In this document: positions 58,917 through 59,269 of the stretch, in pieces | How positions within the stretch are numbered: the first letter of the stretch is position 1 | Layout: each line of letters begins with the position of its first letter | Assembly: GCA_050248855.1 (NCBI GenBank) | Contig: JBFWRP010000028.1 | Span: 1 to 59,269, forward strand | Source: Planctomycetota bacterium | GTDB lineage: Bacteria > Planctomycetota > PLA2 > JAEUHO01 | DNA: 59,269 nt | Direction: 5' to 3' | Position numbers and translations under genes: made by a program | The notes under the pieces: model-generated | The model's input: the letters and a program-made list of their open reading frames with translations, nothing else | Database searches by the model: none | What the model was told of the DNA's origin: nothing

Positions 58917-59023
58917 CCCCCCATCTGACCCCGTTGCGCGGGTCTCGGCAAGCGGTGCGCGGGGGTGCCGGGCCCGAGGCCGGGCAGTCCGACGGTTCCC
59001 GGCTCGTTGCGGCCGGGCGGCGC

Positions 59024-59269
59024 CGCGACCCCGGACGTGTCTGGACCCTTGCCGCGGCGCCGCACCGTGAGGGGTGCAGGGGTGACCGTGAGGGGTGCAG
59101 GGGGGGTACGGAATAGCCCCCCTGCTGCGCAGGCGAAGCCGGAGCACCGAATCCGCGCGGGAGCGCGGAACAACTGCTCTGCTGCGCATCGAACAAGCTT
59201 TCGCTTGCGCGGGCGGAAGATGGCGGAACGAAACAGCCCACCCATGCCGCGAGGGCGGAGCCTGAGCGC
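59024..59269. repeat. Repeat cluster C (runs off the window end)
   Basis: Concatenates a cluster-A module, the CCGTGAGGGGTGCAGGGG duplet, one 120-bp B1 unit and the CATGCCGCGAGGGCGGAGCCTGAGCGC module. Confidence 0.9.

Overview
A very GC-rich bacterial chromosomal segment, most likely from a Planctomycetota. This is inferred from a planctomycete-type ECF sigma factor, a prenyltransferase-toroid secreted protein, DUF1570-like and HEAT-repeat proteins, and a planctomycete-like FabA/Z. No prophage, transposase, integrase or CRISPR array was found. In order, the window holds: a 2-oxoacid dehydrogenase operon with two E1-alpha genes plus a fucosyltransferase-like gene; a kelch lipoprotein; a DUF4153-like protein; a 35-aa basic protein missed by the ORF track; an ECF sigma; an mdh-argC-argD-argF'-argB-argE-argH operon (ArgF' looks succinyl-specific); a putative ceramide cluster (spt and bCerS-like GNAT followed by mlaE/mlaD, with a divergent CerR-like reductase, lipoprotein, RsbW and RsbV); HEAT proteins; HU/IHF; a TMTC-like TPR membrane protein; a DUF1570-like protein; fabZ; an HPS-RraA/thiS/thiG/CPBP/gamma-CA run; nusA-infB-rbfA (no rimP, but a leader terminator); tRNA-His; a MacB-type ABC system paired with a ZnuA-like lipoprotein; a sterol-desaturase-family gene; and TetR. 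Long intergenic spaces are filled with modular, reshuffled repeats and ~100-bp TA-bounded hairpin elements, some showing compensatory base changes. All family assignments come from motif recognition by eye, not from database searches. Start codons were re-picked by hand from RBS and overlap evidence.
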